This document shows, piece by piece, positions 35,557 through 46,434 of a stretch of DNA of 64,000 nt. The number at the start of each line of letters is the position of its first letter. The first letter of the stretch is position 1. The notes beneath the pieces are model-generated. The model was not told the origin of the DNA. It saw only the letters and a program-made list of their open reading frames with translations, and made no database searches. The DNA lies in contig CATNEN010000038.1 in NCBI GenBank assembly GCA_950097015.1, forward strand, positions 26,350,001-26,414,000. The letters run 5' to 3'. The position numbers and the translations under genes were made by a program. The DNA is from Macrostomum hystrix. Its lineage: Eukaryota; Animalia; Platyhelminthes.

Positions 35557-35804
35557 TAAAAACTTAGTATACAGTGGTTGGTGGATCATCTGTGCAATCA
35601 GCTGTGATGTAGGCCTTGGTTCAAGGAATGCCTTGATGCAAGGGGCCAGTTCTTTGTTGAACATATTCATTGGGTAACCAGAGCAAAGTAGATTACCAAG
35701 TTCCACCTGACCAGCCTTGAAACAGGCAAGCCAGTTTCACACACTGCAAATACTGAGAGCAATGACATGGTTCTGATGAGTAGCCACTGGTGCTTCACCT
35801 TCAT

Positions 35805-36055
35805 CATACATGCGCAACCTCCCAAATCTTAGCCGGTGGTGTGACTTAGTTTTTGCTCTATTTACGACTTAGTTTGCTCTCATTTGCTCTCTTTTTCTCT
35901 TCCCTTTTTCCTTTTCTTCACGCCTTCCTTTTTTGTCCCTTGGTCCCCCCTTTGATTTTTTTGCGCTTGGTCGATTGGTTTTTGCAACTTACCTTGCTTC
36001 GACCTCGTTTCACCTGGCCGGTTCGGCCGGGTTGGCCAGGTGTTGCACATGTATG
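35805..36055. mobile_element. hAT-like MITE, copy 1
   Basis: TIR CATACATG(C/T)GCAAC; perfect 8-bp TSD ACCTTCAT; second copy inverted at 41751-41990. Confidence 0.88.
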
Positions 36056-36089
36056 ACCTTCATGAAACTTGGTGGCAGTCTAGTGATTC

Positions 36090-36313
36090 TGTAGCTGACT
36101 TGCTACAAATGTCGCTGTTAAATTTAAGAGTCGGCAAAAGCTTGAGCTTGTTTATTTAGTTTTGTCGTGGGGTTACATTTAAGTCTTAACCGGGCAACTG
36201 TACCTATCGATAACAAGGGTCATAGACAAATTAGCGGTAAGGGGGGAAATAAAAGTACCATTTGAATCTTTAAATATTAAGAGTTAAAAGAAAGAAGTGA
36301 ATTTGCTGCTACA
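36090..36313 (-). repeat. 3' LTR of the Gypsy element
   Basis: Direct repeat of 40390-40613; preceded on the minus strand by PPT GGGTGGGGGGAG (about 36319-36330). Confidence 0.96.
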
Positions 36314-36392
36314 AGATACTCCCCCCACCCAAAACGGAGTTTATGCAAAGGTTTTGATTGTTGTTATGAAACAGTTAGAAAACGATTTTCAG

Positions 36393-38300
36393 TTAGGTTA
36401 ATAATGGCTCAGTTGCGTAAAACAGTTTAACAGATGGTTCTGTAGAAAAGCAAACGTGGGAAGCGGTTTTAGCAAGTATGTTTGCTGCCGGTGGGTTTTC
36501 CGGTGTTACAGTAGTTGCTGGTGCTTTGCTAATTGGTACCGGTGCTGGGAGTGTAGCTGGTTTCACTCGATCGATAGACACTACAGAAGGCTTCCCGTTG
36601 ATTTCCAATGTAAATGTCGTTTCGTGTCTCTCCAACACTGCATAGGGTCCCTGGTAGGGTGCTTCTAGGGGATGTCGAACTCGATCTAGTCGCAACCAGA
36701 CGTGGGTGCATGCAGCCAAGTCTGCTGGCAGATGAATTCTTACCTCGCGCGTTCGTGGTTGGCGATACGGAAAAAAAAGTTGGCGCAGTCTTGTGGAAAG
36801 TTCCTTGACAGAGGAGGTGTCGGCAACTACAGGTGGGACTAACGGTTGTTCACCGGTAACGATAGAGAATGGCGATGCACCTGTCTTGTCTGCAAAAATG
36901 CGCATTCCGAGAAGCACGATGGGTAGCTGCTGCAGCCAGTTCTTGCCACGTGCTTTCAGCCCGGACTTTAATGTTCGGTGGGTTCGCTCGACGATGCCAT
37001 TTGCCCTCGGATTGTAGGCTAAAGTGCGGATGTGATGGATTCCGAGCAGTGTCGCCAGGTTTCGCATGAGCTCCGCGCGGAACTGCGCGCCTTGATCGGT
37101 CACCAGCGTCAATGGTGGGCCAAACCGAGAAATCCAGGATTCTAGGAAGGCGCACGCGACTGAAGTGGCGGTGATGTCAATGAGAGGGGCAGCTTCAATC
37201 CAACGTGAATATGCATCGACCATTGTGAGCAAGTAGCGAGGTCTGGGACTAACGTCGGTCGACTCTGGGGGTGGCAGTGGTCCGACTAAATCGATATGGA
37301 CCATCGTGAAGTGTTGAGAGGGTGCTGGAAGCTGTTGCAACGGGCGTTGGACGTGACGACCTGTCTTGCACTGCTGGCACTGTTGACATTCGGCTACCCA
37401 CCTTTGGATGTCGTTAGCCATACCTAGCCAGAAAAAACGATAGACGATGAGTCGTTGCGTGGCTTTGCGGCCAGGATGTGCGAATGCATGCAGTGAGTCA
37501 AAAACAGCGCATCGGAGAGTCCTAGGGATGACGGGACGTGGGTTTGTCTGCGAGATTTCGCATCGCAGTGGGCAGTCCTTGATTCCAATGTCGAAGTTGC
37601 TGAAACGGCCTGTCTGGGGTTCATCCTCCGGGTTTTCCTTCTGTGCTCGTGCAACGGCTGGCAGGTCCACACATTGAGGAAGGTCAGACAGCAGTCGAAT
37701 TGTGGTTGGTGGTGGGTTCTGGGATGGGTAAACCGGTCGTGATAGCGTGTCGGCTACGATGTTGTCCTTGCCGGAAATGTGGATGATGTCGCTCACAAAC
37801 TCCGTGATGACGGATAGCTGGCGTTGTTGTCGATCGGAAAACCGTTCTTTCTTATTTCTAAACGCTCCGCTGATGGGCTTGTGGTCGCAGAACACGGTGG
37901 TTTGTTGGCCTTGGATCATGTATTTCCATGTCTTGACCACAGCAAAAATAGCCAACAGTTCCCGATCAAAAGTGCTGTAAGCTGCTTCCGTGTCAGAGAG
38001 CTTGCGAGAGTAGAATGCCAATGGAGAAGATTGCTCGGCTACCACCTGATGCAATGCTGCGCCGATGGCAGTGGCGCTGGCGTCGGTTGTGATTGTGAAT
38101 GTGGCATTGGCTTGAGGAAAAGTCAGGGTGACTGCGTTTGCCAGACTGTCCTGGAGTTCTTTCCAAGCCTCGTCGTGTCGCTTCGTCCAATTGAATGGTG
38201 CCGTGACGAGTTGTCGTAGCGGGGTGGCGATCTCAGCATAATTAGGAATGCACCGCTGATAAAAACCGAACATGCCAAGGTAGCGCCGTAGTGATTGCAT
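36393..38300 (-). pseudogene. Gypsy pol: connection/RNase H plus integrase
   Basis: TTDASATAIGA, YSTFDRELLA, DNIVADTLSR, HHCC zinc finger (H..AHPG...CQQC), HIDLVGPL, TDQGAQF, NGIVERTHR, PYQGPY. Confidence 0.93.
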
Positions 38301-38329
38301 GTCAGTGGGAGCCTCGAGTTTCCGCAGTG

Positions 38330-39115
38330 CTTCGACTCGGTCGGAAGCGGTCGGATGCCGTCAGCAGTGACGAAGTACCCAAGAAACTCCACTGAATCGC
38401 GAAAGAAATGGCACTTTTCAGAGTTGACGCCCAAGCCTTTGTCGCTTAGACGTCGCAGCACCTCTTCGATGTGCGCTTGATGTTCTTCGCGTGACTGGCT
38501 GTGTACCAAGATGTCGTCAATGTAAGATGTTACGAACGGGAGGTCGCTAAAGACGGAATCTACGTATCGCTGGAATGTGCTGGCGGCGTTTCTCAGGCCG
38601 AATGGCATGCGAATGTATTCGAAAGAACCAAATGGCGTGCAAATCGCTGTTTTCTCAACATCTTCGTCTGCAATCGGGATGAAGTGGTAGGCCTTAACCA
38701 GGTCAAGGGTGCTGAACACTTTCGCTCCATGTAGACGATGGTGAAAATGATTGATGTTCGGAATAGGGTAACGGTCTGGTTTGGTTGCCGCGTTCAGTGC
38801 TCGATAATCTCCACATGGTCGCCAGGAGCCGTCCCTCTTCTTCACCATGTGAAGTGGGGAGGCCCAGGGACTGGCCGAGGGGCGAACGATACCGAAGCGG
38901 AGGAGCTTGTCGAATTCCAACTTTGCGATTTCGTACTTCGCTGGGGATAATGGGCGAGGTCGACAGAATACAGGTTCACCTGTCGTCTCGATGCGGTGTC
39001 GCACAGATGTGGCGGGTGGCGCGGTGTAGTCCGGTGCCTCCAGTAATCGCGGGAAATTTTTGAGTGGTGTGGTCGGTTCCAGTTGAGTTGTGGCGTTGAT
39101 TTTGGGAAGTTGCAC
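38330..39115 (-). pseudogene. Gypsy pol: reverse transcriptase (frameshifted relative to RH-IN)
   Basis: [45 protein letters not shown]. Confidence 0.93.
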
Positions 39116-39166
39116 ACTCGATGGACTGAGGTTGGCGTAAAGAGATGTCGCTGGGTCTTGTATGCG

Positions 39167-39520
39167 TCATGTGTTCAGATCGATGAGGAACCCAAACTTG
39201 AGGAAGAAGTCGGCTCCGAGAATTGGCGCAGTGTCGGTAACGATAAATGATGCAGGGTAGGGTCTACGGAGACCAGGAATTGTAAGAGTGACGCAGCATT
39301 GGCCGAAAGTCGGGATTTCTCGACCATCGATGCTACAGAGTTTCACATGTGTGGTTGTCAACAGATTTTGAGGCGCGAATTTTAGTGGGAGCAGCGATTG
39401 CTCAGCACTGGTGTCAACTATAAAGGAAACGGGTGAACGGAGAATTTGACACAACAGTAATAACGTGTTGGCCTGGGAGGGGTCGCGGCTCGGCTGAGGC
39501 ACGTGACCCACTAGTTTGAC
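39167..39520 (-). pseudogene. Gypsy pol: aspartic protease with mutated active site and downstream stop
   Basis: FIVDTSAEQSLLP (DTG changed to DTS) and PILGADFF, then TGA at 39167-39169. Confidence 0.85.
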
Positions 39521-40365
39521 GCCGCTGTCGGCGTTGGGCTGCTTGAGCGGGATTGAGTCGGAGTAGGTTGGCGGCTGGCGAGTGTTATCGTCGGCTTCGG
39601 TCCAGGCCACTGACACCACGGTCGGCAGGTGCGAGCTTCCGCGGCGTAGTACAGGTGACTGTTGCAGATTTTAGGGCGGCAGAGAGAATTTCAGTTGGCT
39701 TGAAAATCATCGCGTCTAGCTTCTCGAAACGGACTTTTCTTGTTTCCTGCGGACAACTGGCCGGGTGCGATGGTCCGGTTGATTGGGGCGAACGGCGTTG
39801 TGCTGGCTGACACGGCCAGCATGCTGTCAGCGATTTTAGAGAAAGCATCCAGCGGCGCGTCTTCGTGTCTGACTAATGCGGAACGGATGTGGGTCGGGAG
39901 TGCCGACAGGAGCCAAGACTTGACGATGCTATCATCGACTTGCAGACCGACTTCGCCAAACTTGCGCTTGATGTCGTTAACCAGATGCGATGGACGGCGG
40001 TCGCCGAGTTCAACTGCAGCCAGTGCCTCTTCGATGCGCTGGTGCCGGTTTACGCGTAACGATTCGAGCACCGCCGACTTAAGTGACGCATAGTCTCCCG
40101 TATCCAGATCGATTGAGCAAGCCACGTCTTCGGGTAGAGCGGCCAGTGTGTGGTGGAACTTGGTTGTCGGATTGACGATGCCGGCTAACGTGAACTGGGA
40201 TTCTAACTGACGGAACCATATTTCTGGGGACTTGCGATAGAATGCGGGCGGTTTGACTGCGTGCTGTGTGATTTGTCGCTCGGGCATTTGAGGCGTTTCA
40301 TCGGGTTGCCGCTGTTGACGCTGGGCTTCTGCTGTGCCTGGTTCGTGTCTCCTGGTTTTTGGCAT
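39511..40365 (-). pseudogene. Gypsy gag with in-frame TGA before the CHCC zinc knuckle
   Basis: KPPAFYRKSPEIWFRQLESQF, LGDRRPS; the frame continues past TGA 39691-39693 into CNSHLYYAAEARTCRPWC and ends at TCAAACTAG. Confidence 0.88.
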
Positions 40366-40372
40366 GATGAAA

Positions 40373-40385
40373 CGCTCTGCTACCA
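40373..40385 (-). promoter_or_regulatory. Primer binding site complementary to initiator tRNA-Met 3' end
   Basis: TGGTAGCAGAGCG, 4 nt downstream of the 5' LTR. Confidence 0.85.
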
Positions 40386-40389
40386 ATTT

Positions 40390-40613
40390 TGTAGCTGACT
40401 TGCTACAAATGTCGCTGTTAAATTTAAGAGTCGGCAAAAGCTTGAGCTTGTTTATTTAGTTTTGTCGCGGGGTTACATTTAAGTCTTAACCGGGCAACTG
40501 TACCTATCGATAACAAGGGTCATAGACAAATTAGCGGTAAGGGGGGAAATAAAAGTACCATTTGAATATTTAAATATTAAGAGTTAAAAGAAAGAAGTGA
40601 ATTTGCTGCTACA
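40390..40613 (-). repeat. 5' LTR of the Gypsy element
   Basis: Direct repeat of 36090-36313. Confidence 0.96.
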
Positions 40614-41136
40614 ATTCTTCTATAGTGTGCAGATTGCTACTCTCTGGTACCTAGCAGCCCAATCAGTATCCATAGTGATTTTCATGATGATAGGGCAATT
40701 AAATTGATGATGATCTTTCTAGACTGATGGTGCAACTTTGTGGTAAAATAATCATTTATTGTTTGACAATCTTTTGCTAAACAATGACTCACTTTTGACT
40801 TCTCTGTTGCAGTGGGGCATAAAAAAATAATAGCAACACTTTGTCACTTTGTGTAAGTCTCTAAAAAGGTGTCTCTAGAAAAAATATACCTTAGCAGAAA
40901 TGTATATAATAGATTTTAACAATGCTCAAATAAAAAATTGAGTTTGAGTACATATTTTTATGGTCATAAACCACAATAAAAGTGGAGCAGTATAGCAAGA
41001 GCTATGTTCATAAGGAAAATACTTTTGGAATATGCATTGTAAATAGTGATGTAAAAATAGCTCTAGTAAGCACATGGTAACTTGGGCAACGACATTCATT
41101 ATTTTAACCAGTACTTAACAGTTTTTATAACTTTTA

Positions 41137-41450
41137 TAGCCTAGTGGTAAGGGCATCAGACTCACGACTTGAAGGTTGGGGGTTTGATTCCCGTCTCCAC
41201 TTAAACAATTTGTGTCCTTTAGCAAGACACTTAACTCTGCATTGCTTCAGTTCACCCAGCTGTTAAATGGGTACCAGCATTAGCTGGGATAATTGAAGGT
41301 GGGTGTGGCGTCCCCCCAGTCCATGGACTGAACAGCTGTATGCAGCCTTCAGATGCGCCGCGCAATAGTTGCGGCTGTGCTGTCGGCTGCACATCTGACC
41401 CGATTAGGGCAGATGTAATCAATTATTATTATTATTATTATTATTATTAT
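41137..41450 (+). mobile_element. tRNA-derived SINE, family A, near full length with (ATT)n tail
   Basis: TAGCCTAGTGGTAA A box, GGTTTGATTCCC B box, shared body with 1-143, ATT tail, TATAACTT on both flanks. Confidence 0.88.
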
Positions 41451-41750
41451 AACTTAAATACAATAAATTTGTATCAAAGTTTGTTTTGTCCAAAAAATAA
41501 TTTACACTAGCTATTTTCTCATTAGGTAGTTCAATTTTCAATTATGTTCAAATATTCAATTTTGATATTATGAAATAAAGTCATAGTTAAAGAATAAAAA
41601 TGTAGCTGAACATCAACATCAGCTATGAGTATTAAAAGTATTTGATACAATCCATTATATATTTTTTCTTTAGAATGATGTAAGGGTAATGGATAGATTT
41701 GACTTTGATGTAATGTCTAGCAAAAATGGTTGCCATGATTACATACCTAG

Positions 41751-41990
41751 CATACATGCGCAACACCTGGCCGACCCAGCCGAACCGGCCGGGTGAAACG
41801 AGGGCCAAGCTAGGTAAGTCGCAAAAACCAATCGACCAAGCACAAAAAATCAAAGGGAGGACCAAGGGACAAAAAAGGAAGGCTTGAAGAAAAGGAAAAA
41901 GGGGAGAGAAAAAGAGAGCAAACTAAGTTGTAAATAGAGCAAAAACTAAGTTGCACGGCCGGCTAAGATTTGGGAGGTTGCACATGTATG
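41751..41990. mobile_element. hAT-like MITE, copy 2 (inverted relative to copy 1)
   Basis: Same TIRs and body as copy 1; TSD ATACCTAG/ATACCTGG (7 of 8 match). Confidence 0.88.
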
Positions 41991-42841
41991 ATACCTGGTC
42001 AAAATTTGCTATGTTATTTGTCAATGTTTAGTAAATAGACTAAACAGAAGACTAGACTAGACTAAACTGAAGAATTATAAATTCCTAGGCTATTGTCTGT
42101 ACTCATGACCCAACTATAATGTCTATAAAGCCTTACAGTAAAAATATTTTGCTTGAACAGCAAAATGGTTTAGGTCTAGTTGGACTTGATACAATTTTTA
42201 AAACAAAACAGACATTCAAAGTATGCATTGCTTGTAATTAAGATTTTTTAAAGTACTTTGTACTTGCAAAAAATGAATTCATCATGAATATTTCTTCCTA
42301 ATCATTGTGCCATTAATTTAAGTTTCATACTAATTTAGCTATATATTTGCTCTGCAATCATTTAAGTTCTTAAATATGTAATATTTTTATTAATTATGGG
42401 CAAACTGGTCTAACAAGTTGAAAATCTAAAGCATATGAGTAATCAGCAGTAGATGTGTGACTTTTGGTATTGCAGATATTTAGCATTATAATGAACATTA
42501 TATCTTTCCTTTTAGCTGACATATTTTAGATAATCAACATAGCTGATAATGATGATAATGTATACAATTGTGTGCTATGATGCGAAAAGTTTTTTGCAAA
42601 AAATGTAAAGCCTGTTAAAAATGTCTTGACCCTTGAAACTAGAATATATATGGAATTATTTCTGCCTTTCTTCTCCAAAATTAGATTGTTCATAAAATTT
42701 CACATTGTTTTTTTGAATCAGTGGAAATTTTTAGTAAACTTGAATTTAAACTAAACTTAAAGCACTAGCTTAGGTACTTTAAAGCCTTATAAGTTATAAG
42801 TGCACACACTTGCACAGATGTATGCAATGATCGCAAAACCA

Positions 42842-45120
42842 CTATGCCATCATTGTCATTGGTGTCAGCTCTTCTCTAGGCCTCTTCTCCTGTTCATTTT
42901 CGTCAATGTCTAGCAGACTCTGAGCTCTCTCCCTGTTGACTGTCTCAATAGCCCATTGCTTCTCGCGACCCCGCACCAGACCCTCTGAGCCAGGCACAGT
43001 CTCTGGCAATGGCAGGCCTTTAGTCTCGGGTAGGATCAGCAGCGAGATGGCGCTCAGAATGCTGATTGTGCCAAAGATTAGGCCCGGTATGTAGATGGCA
43101 ATGTCAGAAAGAGTGTTGATAACTGGCGCTACTATGTTGCCTAGCATGGCTAGGGTGGCTGCTAGGAATAGGCCATTGTTGCGCACGGAAGTTGGGAACA
43201 CTTCGGCTGCCCAGACGTCGGCTATGCAGCAGCCAGTTGTAAGAAGGCACTTGCCTGTATAGCGGGTAGGGCAGAATGGAAAGAGATACAATCGGAAAAT
43301 TAATTTCTAGAGCAAGATTCAATCGACTCTTGGGCATAACTGAATCAGTGCTGGCCGCAATCATCTAAAAAACACAGAGTCGTATTTAACATTCACTAAT
43401 GAACTGCAAGAATTATATTGCACATAGATCTACTTCTTCAAAAAAACTGATGAGTTGCTACTAGGGAACTGAAACGGTTAGAAAATTGACTTACCAACCA
43501 TAGCAACTGCAGCCTTGACAATGCTATAGACTCCACCCGTTGGCACAATCGGCACAGCAATCAGACAGAAGCCGCTGAGCACAGTGATGATTACAGTGGT
43601 GTACTTTCTACCGTAACGATCGCTCAAAATCCATCCTAGAAACGAGCTTGGTATTTCTACAGCCCCATTGAGCATAACGTTGAGCACAATGTTGGTGGTG
43701 ATGAAAGTTGTATCGGTTGACAAGCCGAAATAACACATTGCGAACATGGCCAAATTGAAGAAGATGACAATAGATTTCATTCGCATCATCGGATACGTCA
43801 CCAGATCCAAAATATTGCCAGTTGGTTCTTCGTCAACATCTGCAACCTGTCGTTTCAGAAATTAGATTCTGAATTAGTACTCGTTATTAGTACTCTCGTT
43901 ATACTAATTTTGTAAGTTGTGTGCCAATTATATTGAAGCCAGATATCATTTGAGCGAGTCTAATGAATTTAAGACAGAAAACTCACCTTGACTTTAGACA
44001 CCTTGTGCTCCCACTTGACACCATTCCATTTAGCGATACGCTTAAGAACGTCAACCGCTTCATCAACGCGACCTTTGAGCACTAGCCATCTCGGTGATTC
44101 GGGCACAACTAAGAAAATCACAAAGTAGTTTAGGCAGAATATCACCGAGAACAGCTGGATCTTGTGCCACTCTTTGAACATGTACACGACTAGGCCACTG
44201 AACATGTAGCCTAGGCACCAGAATAGCCAGTACAAATTCCCAAGCACTGCTCTGTGCTTCTCTTCGGTCATCTCCTCCAGAATCAGTAGGCCTTGATAGT
44301 AGACAGCGCCTGGGAGGCCTTCAAGAAATAAATGTACTTTTAAATGTTTTGTGGATTTATTAGTGGATACATTTCAGCTTCTTTTTCTATGAGTGAAGTC
44401 TAATTACGCTGTAACTAAGCATGTATCAAATCTCATATTAATAGTGTGAACGTGTTGTTCGTATCAAGCATATTATTAGTTCGTACGGCCATCGAAATCA
44501 AAAACAAAATTGCGATATCAGACTATTCCAACATCTAACACGAAGATGCCACGAAGAAGACACAGAAATATGCTGTCACACTTAAACTTACCCTTCAAAA
44601 ATCTAGCGAAAATCTGTGTCTCAATTGTTGGCATAAACGATGGCAACACAGTAGTGACAAAGTCCACGAGGCCGCACACGATTAAAACTTTCTTGCGGCC
44701 AATTTTATCGCCCAATGTGCCAAAAAGCATGCCCAGTGCGCAGCCTAGAAAGAAGATAGACATCATGCCGGTAGCGTAGTGCTTACGATCGCAGACTAAA
44801 TCGTACTCTTCTATCATCGATTTGGTGATGATTTCGCCTGGCTCATAGTCGAACTTGGTACATGTCTCGTTTATAAGAAGGCTGTTGTTGCCAATGTCTT
44901 TATCTCCTAGCCTAGTTATGCTGCAATGCTCTCCGTAGTCTTGTTCAACGTAGTCGCTGCTATTCTGCTGCGCACACCGAAATCTTGGTTCGTGCAGAGT
45001 TAGTACCATCAGCTCTAGATCTAGTACGGCTTTGAAGCAGGTGAATGACAATGCTAGGAACATTACCTTTTGTACGCGACCGAAGCCGCCAATCTCTTTT
45101 AACACACTTTCGTATTCCAT
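42842..45120 (-). CDS. SLC22-family organic cation transporter (MFS)
   Basis: Exons 45120-44592, 44318-43987, 43846-43495, 43254-42842 join in frame; motifs IGGFGRVQK, EYDLVCDR, DKIGRKK, PESPRWL, DRYGRK, AEVFPTSVR, LPETKG. Confidence 0.93.
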
Positions 45121-45299
45121 GCGTCAGTTCGTCGTCAACTAATTTTAATCCTGATCAGTTAAACCTGCAGTAAGCAGGCTATTGGTCTTATATATTGTCC
45201 AGGGTCTCGACAATTCGGCGATTGCTATTCTAGACTAGTTTATTATCTGGCTTTTGAGTGGCTGTCAGGAAAAGCCACTCGCTCCAGTTTTTCTAGCTA

Positions 45300-45730
45300 G
45301 TAAGTTCTGCTTTTTTATTTGTCCAACAGTTTGGATTCGTGCGAAAGACACCTTCTGGATTCTCCCTGCCGCGATAAAAGTTAGATCTGTTCAGAAAAGA
45401 TAACTGCTCACTGTTTCACTAGTCTCAATCTGACATACAATTTGTCGATTGTATAACAATCTTTAGTAGCCAATAATAGTTTTAGAGGCTGTTGTGTCCG
45501 TTAAGGGCACGCTTAACTAGCACTGTGAAAAACTCCATAGCTGAACACAATTCGCTTGTATAGAGATTTTTTATATCTTCAGAGTTCAAGTATCTAATTT
45601 GCCGGCAAAAAAAGTGCGCTTCGTTTTCTTCGCGGAGCACTGCTCTAGCTGAGGTTTTATTAACACTCGCTTGTAGCACCTTATCAAATTCGTGCTCATC
45701 AAGTTTGAATTGTATTGTAGTATTTTCCAT
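45300..45730 (-). pseudogene. Possible degenerate Crypton/DUF3504 tyrosine recombinase fragment
   Basis: ORF 45482-45730 (IKNLYTSELCSAMEFFTVLVKR..NG) followed after disruptions by FYRGREN (RGREN at 45359-45373). Confidence 0.4.
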
Positions 45731-46434
45731 TTTCAGTACAAAACGAAATAACTGTACTATTCTGTCCGGAGTAGTTTTTCGCGGGAATTTCCTGGAATTT
45801 TACTGGACCTCTGCTAATTCAGATTTTTAGTTCGTCAAAGTGTCGTACAACTATTTATCTTTTGTGGTGCTTTACCTTTCTTTGAGAAAAACAACAGCTG
45901 CTTGACGAGCGTGACCAGTGACCGTAATACTAGCTAGTTTTAGAGTTGCAGCGAATATATTATAAGCGGTTTAATATCATGCTGTAAAATATTCTGATTT
46001 GTTTTTTAAAGCAGTGAATTCTGATTAGTTTAGTTGATTGACAGTTTAACTCCGTATCAGAGTTGTTGCTTATTTATGCGTGTGAAAACAAATTAAATTA
46101 TACAAAAGTAGCCCTAGGTCTTGTCATTTTGATCAGGATAAAATGGTTGTGAAGCTAGGGCAATCAAACAATGTAAACTAAGCCTTATGTTAAATTGCTA
46201 ATTCGATTATTGTTTTAAGTCGTAAATAATTCACGCCAAGTTCAATTATAAGATATTGGAGGATATTTACAGCCGGTGTTCTAAATTTGAATAACTAAAG
46301 ACCACATTCTCATTGTTTTTTTTCAGCCACATTTCCAGCATCGACATGTCCAACACGCAGTCATCGTCTAGACTGAATGCATAGCATAGCCTATATTTAG
46401 TTTTAAAAGCATTACAAAGTAAAAAAAATAAATC

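Larger units (their letters stand above)
36090..40613 (-). mobile_element. Ty3/Gypsy LTR retrotransposon (CHCC-gag, CsRn1-like), 4524 bp, defective
   Basis: 224-bp LTRs (TGTAGC...GCTACA) differing at 2 sites; 4-bp TSD ATTC; gag-PR-RT-RH-IN order; PBS and PPT present. Confidence 0.97.
34773..41041. mobile_element. Old Tc1/mariner-like TIR element shell hosting nested insertions
   Basis: Diverged inverted repeats: TTCCAAAAGTATTTTCC..TGAACATAGC..TGCTAT (34784-34850) versus reverse complement at about 40965-41030. Superfamily assignment is inferred from the terminus style only. Confidence 0.6.

Noticed and set aside
43447-43480. CTGATGA...GAAAC hammerhead-like motif
   Set aside because: Stem II is mismatched with an extra base before GAAA, and no stem III/UH or stem I pairing was found.
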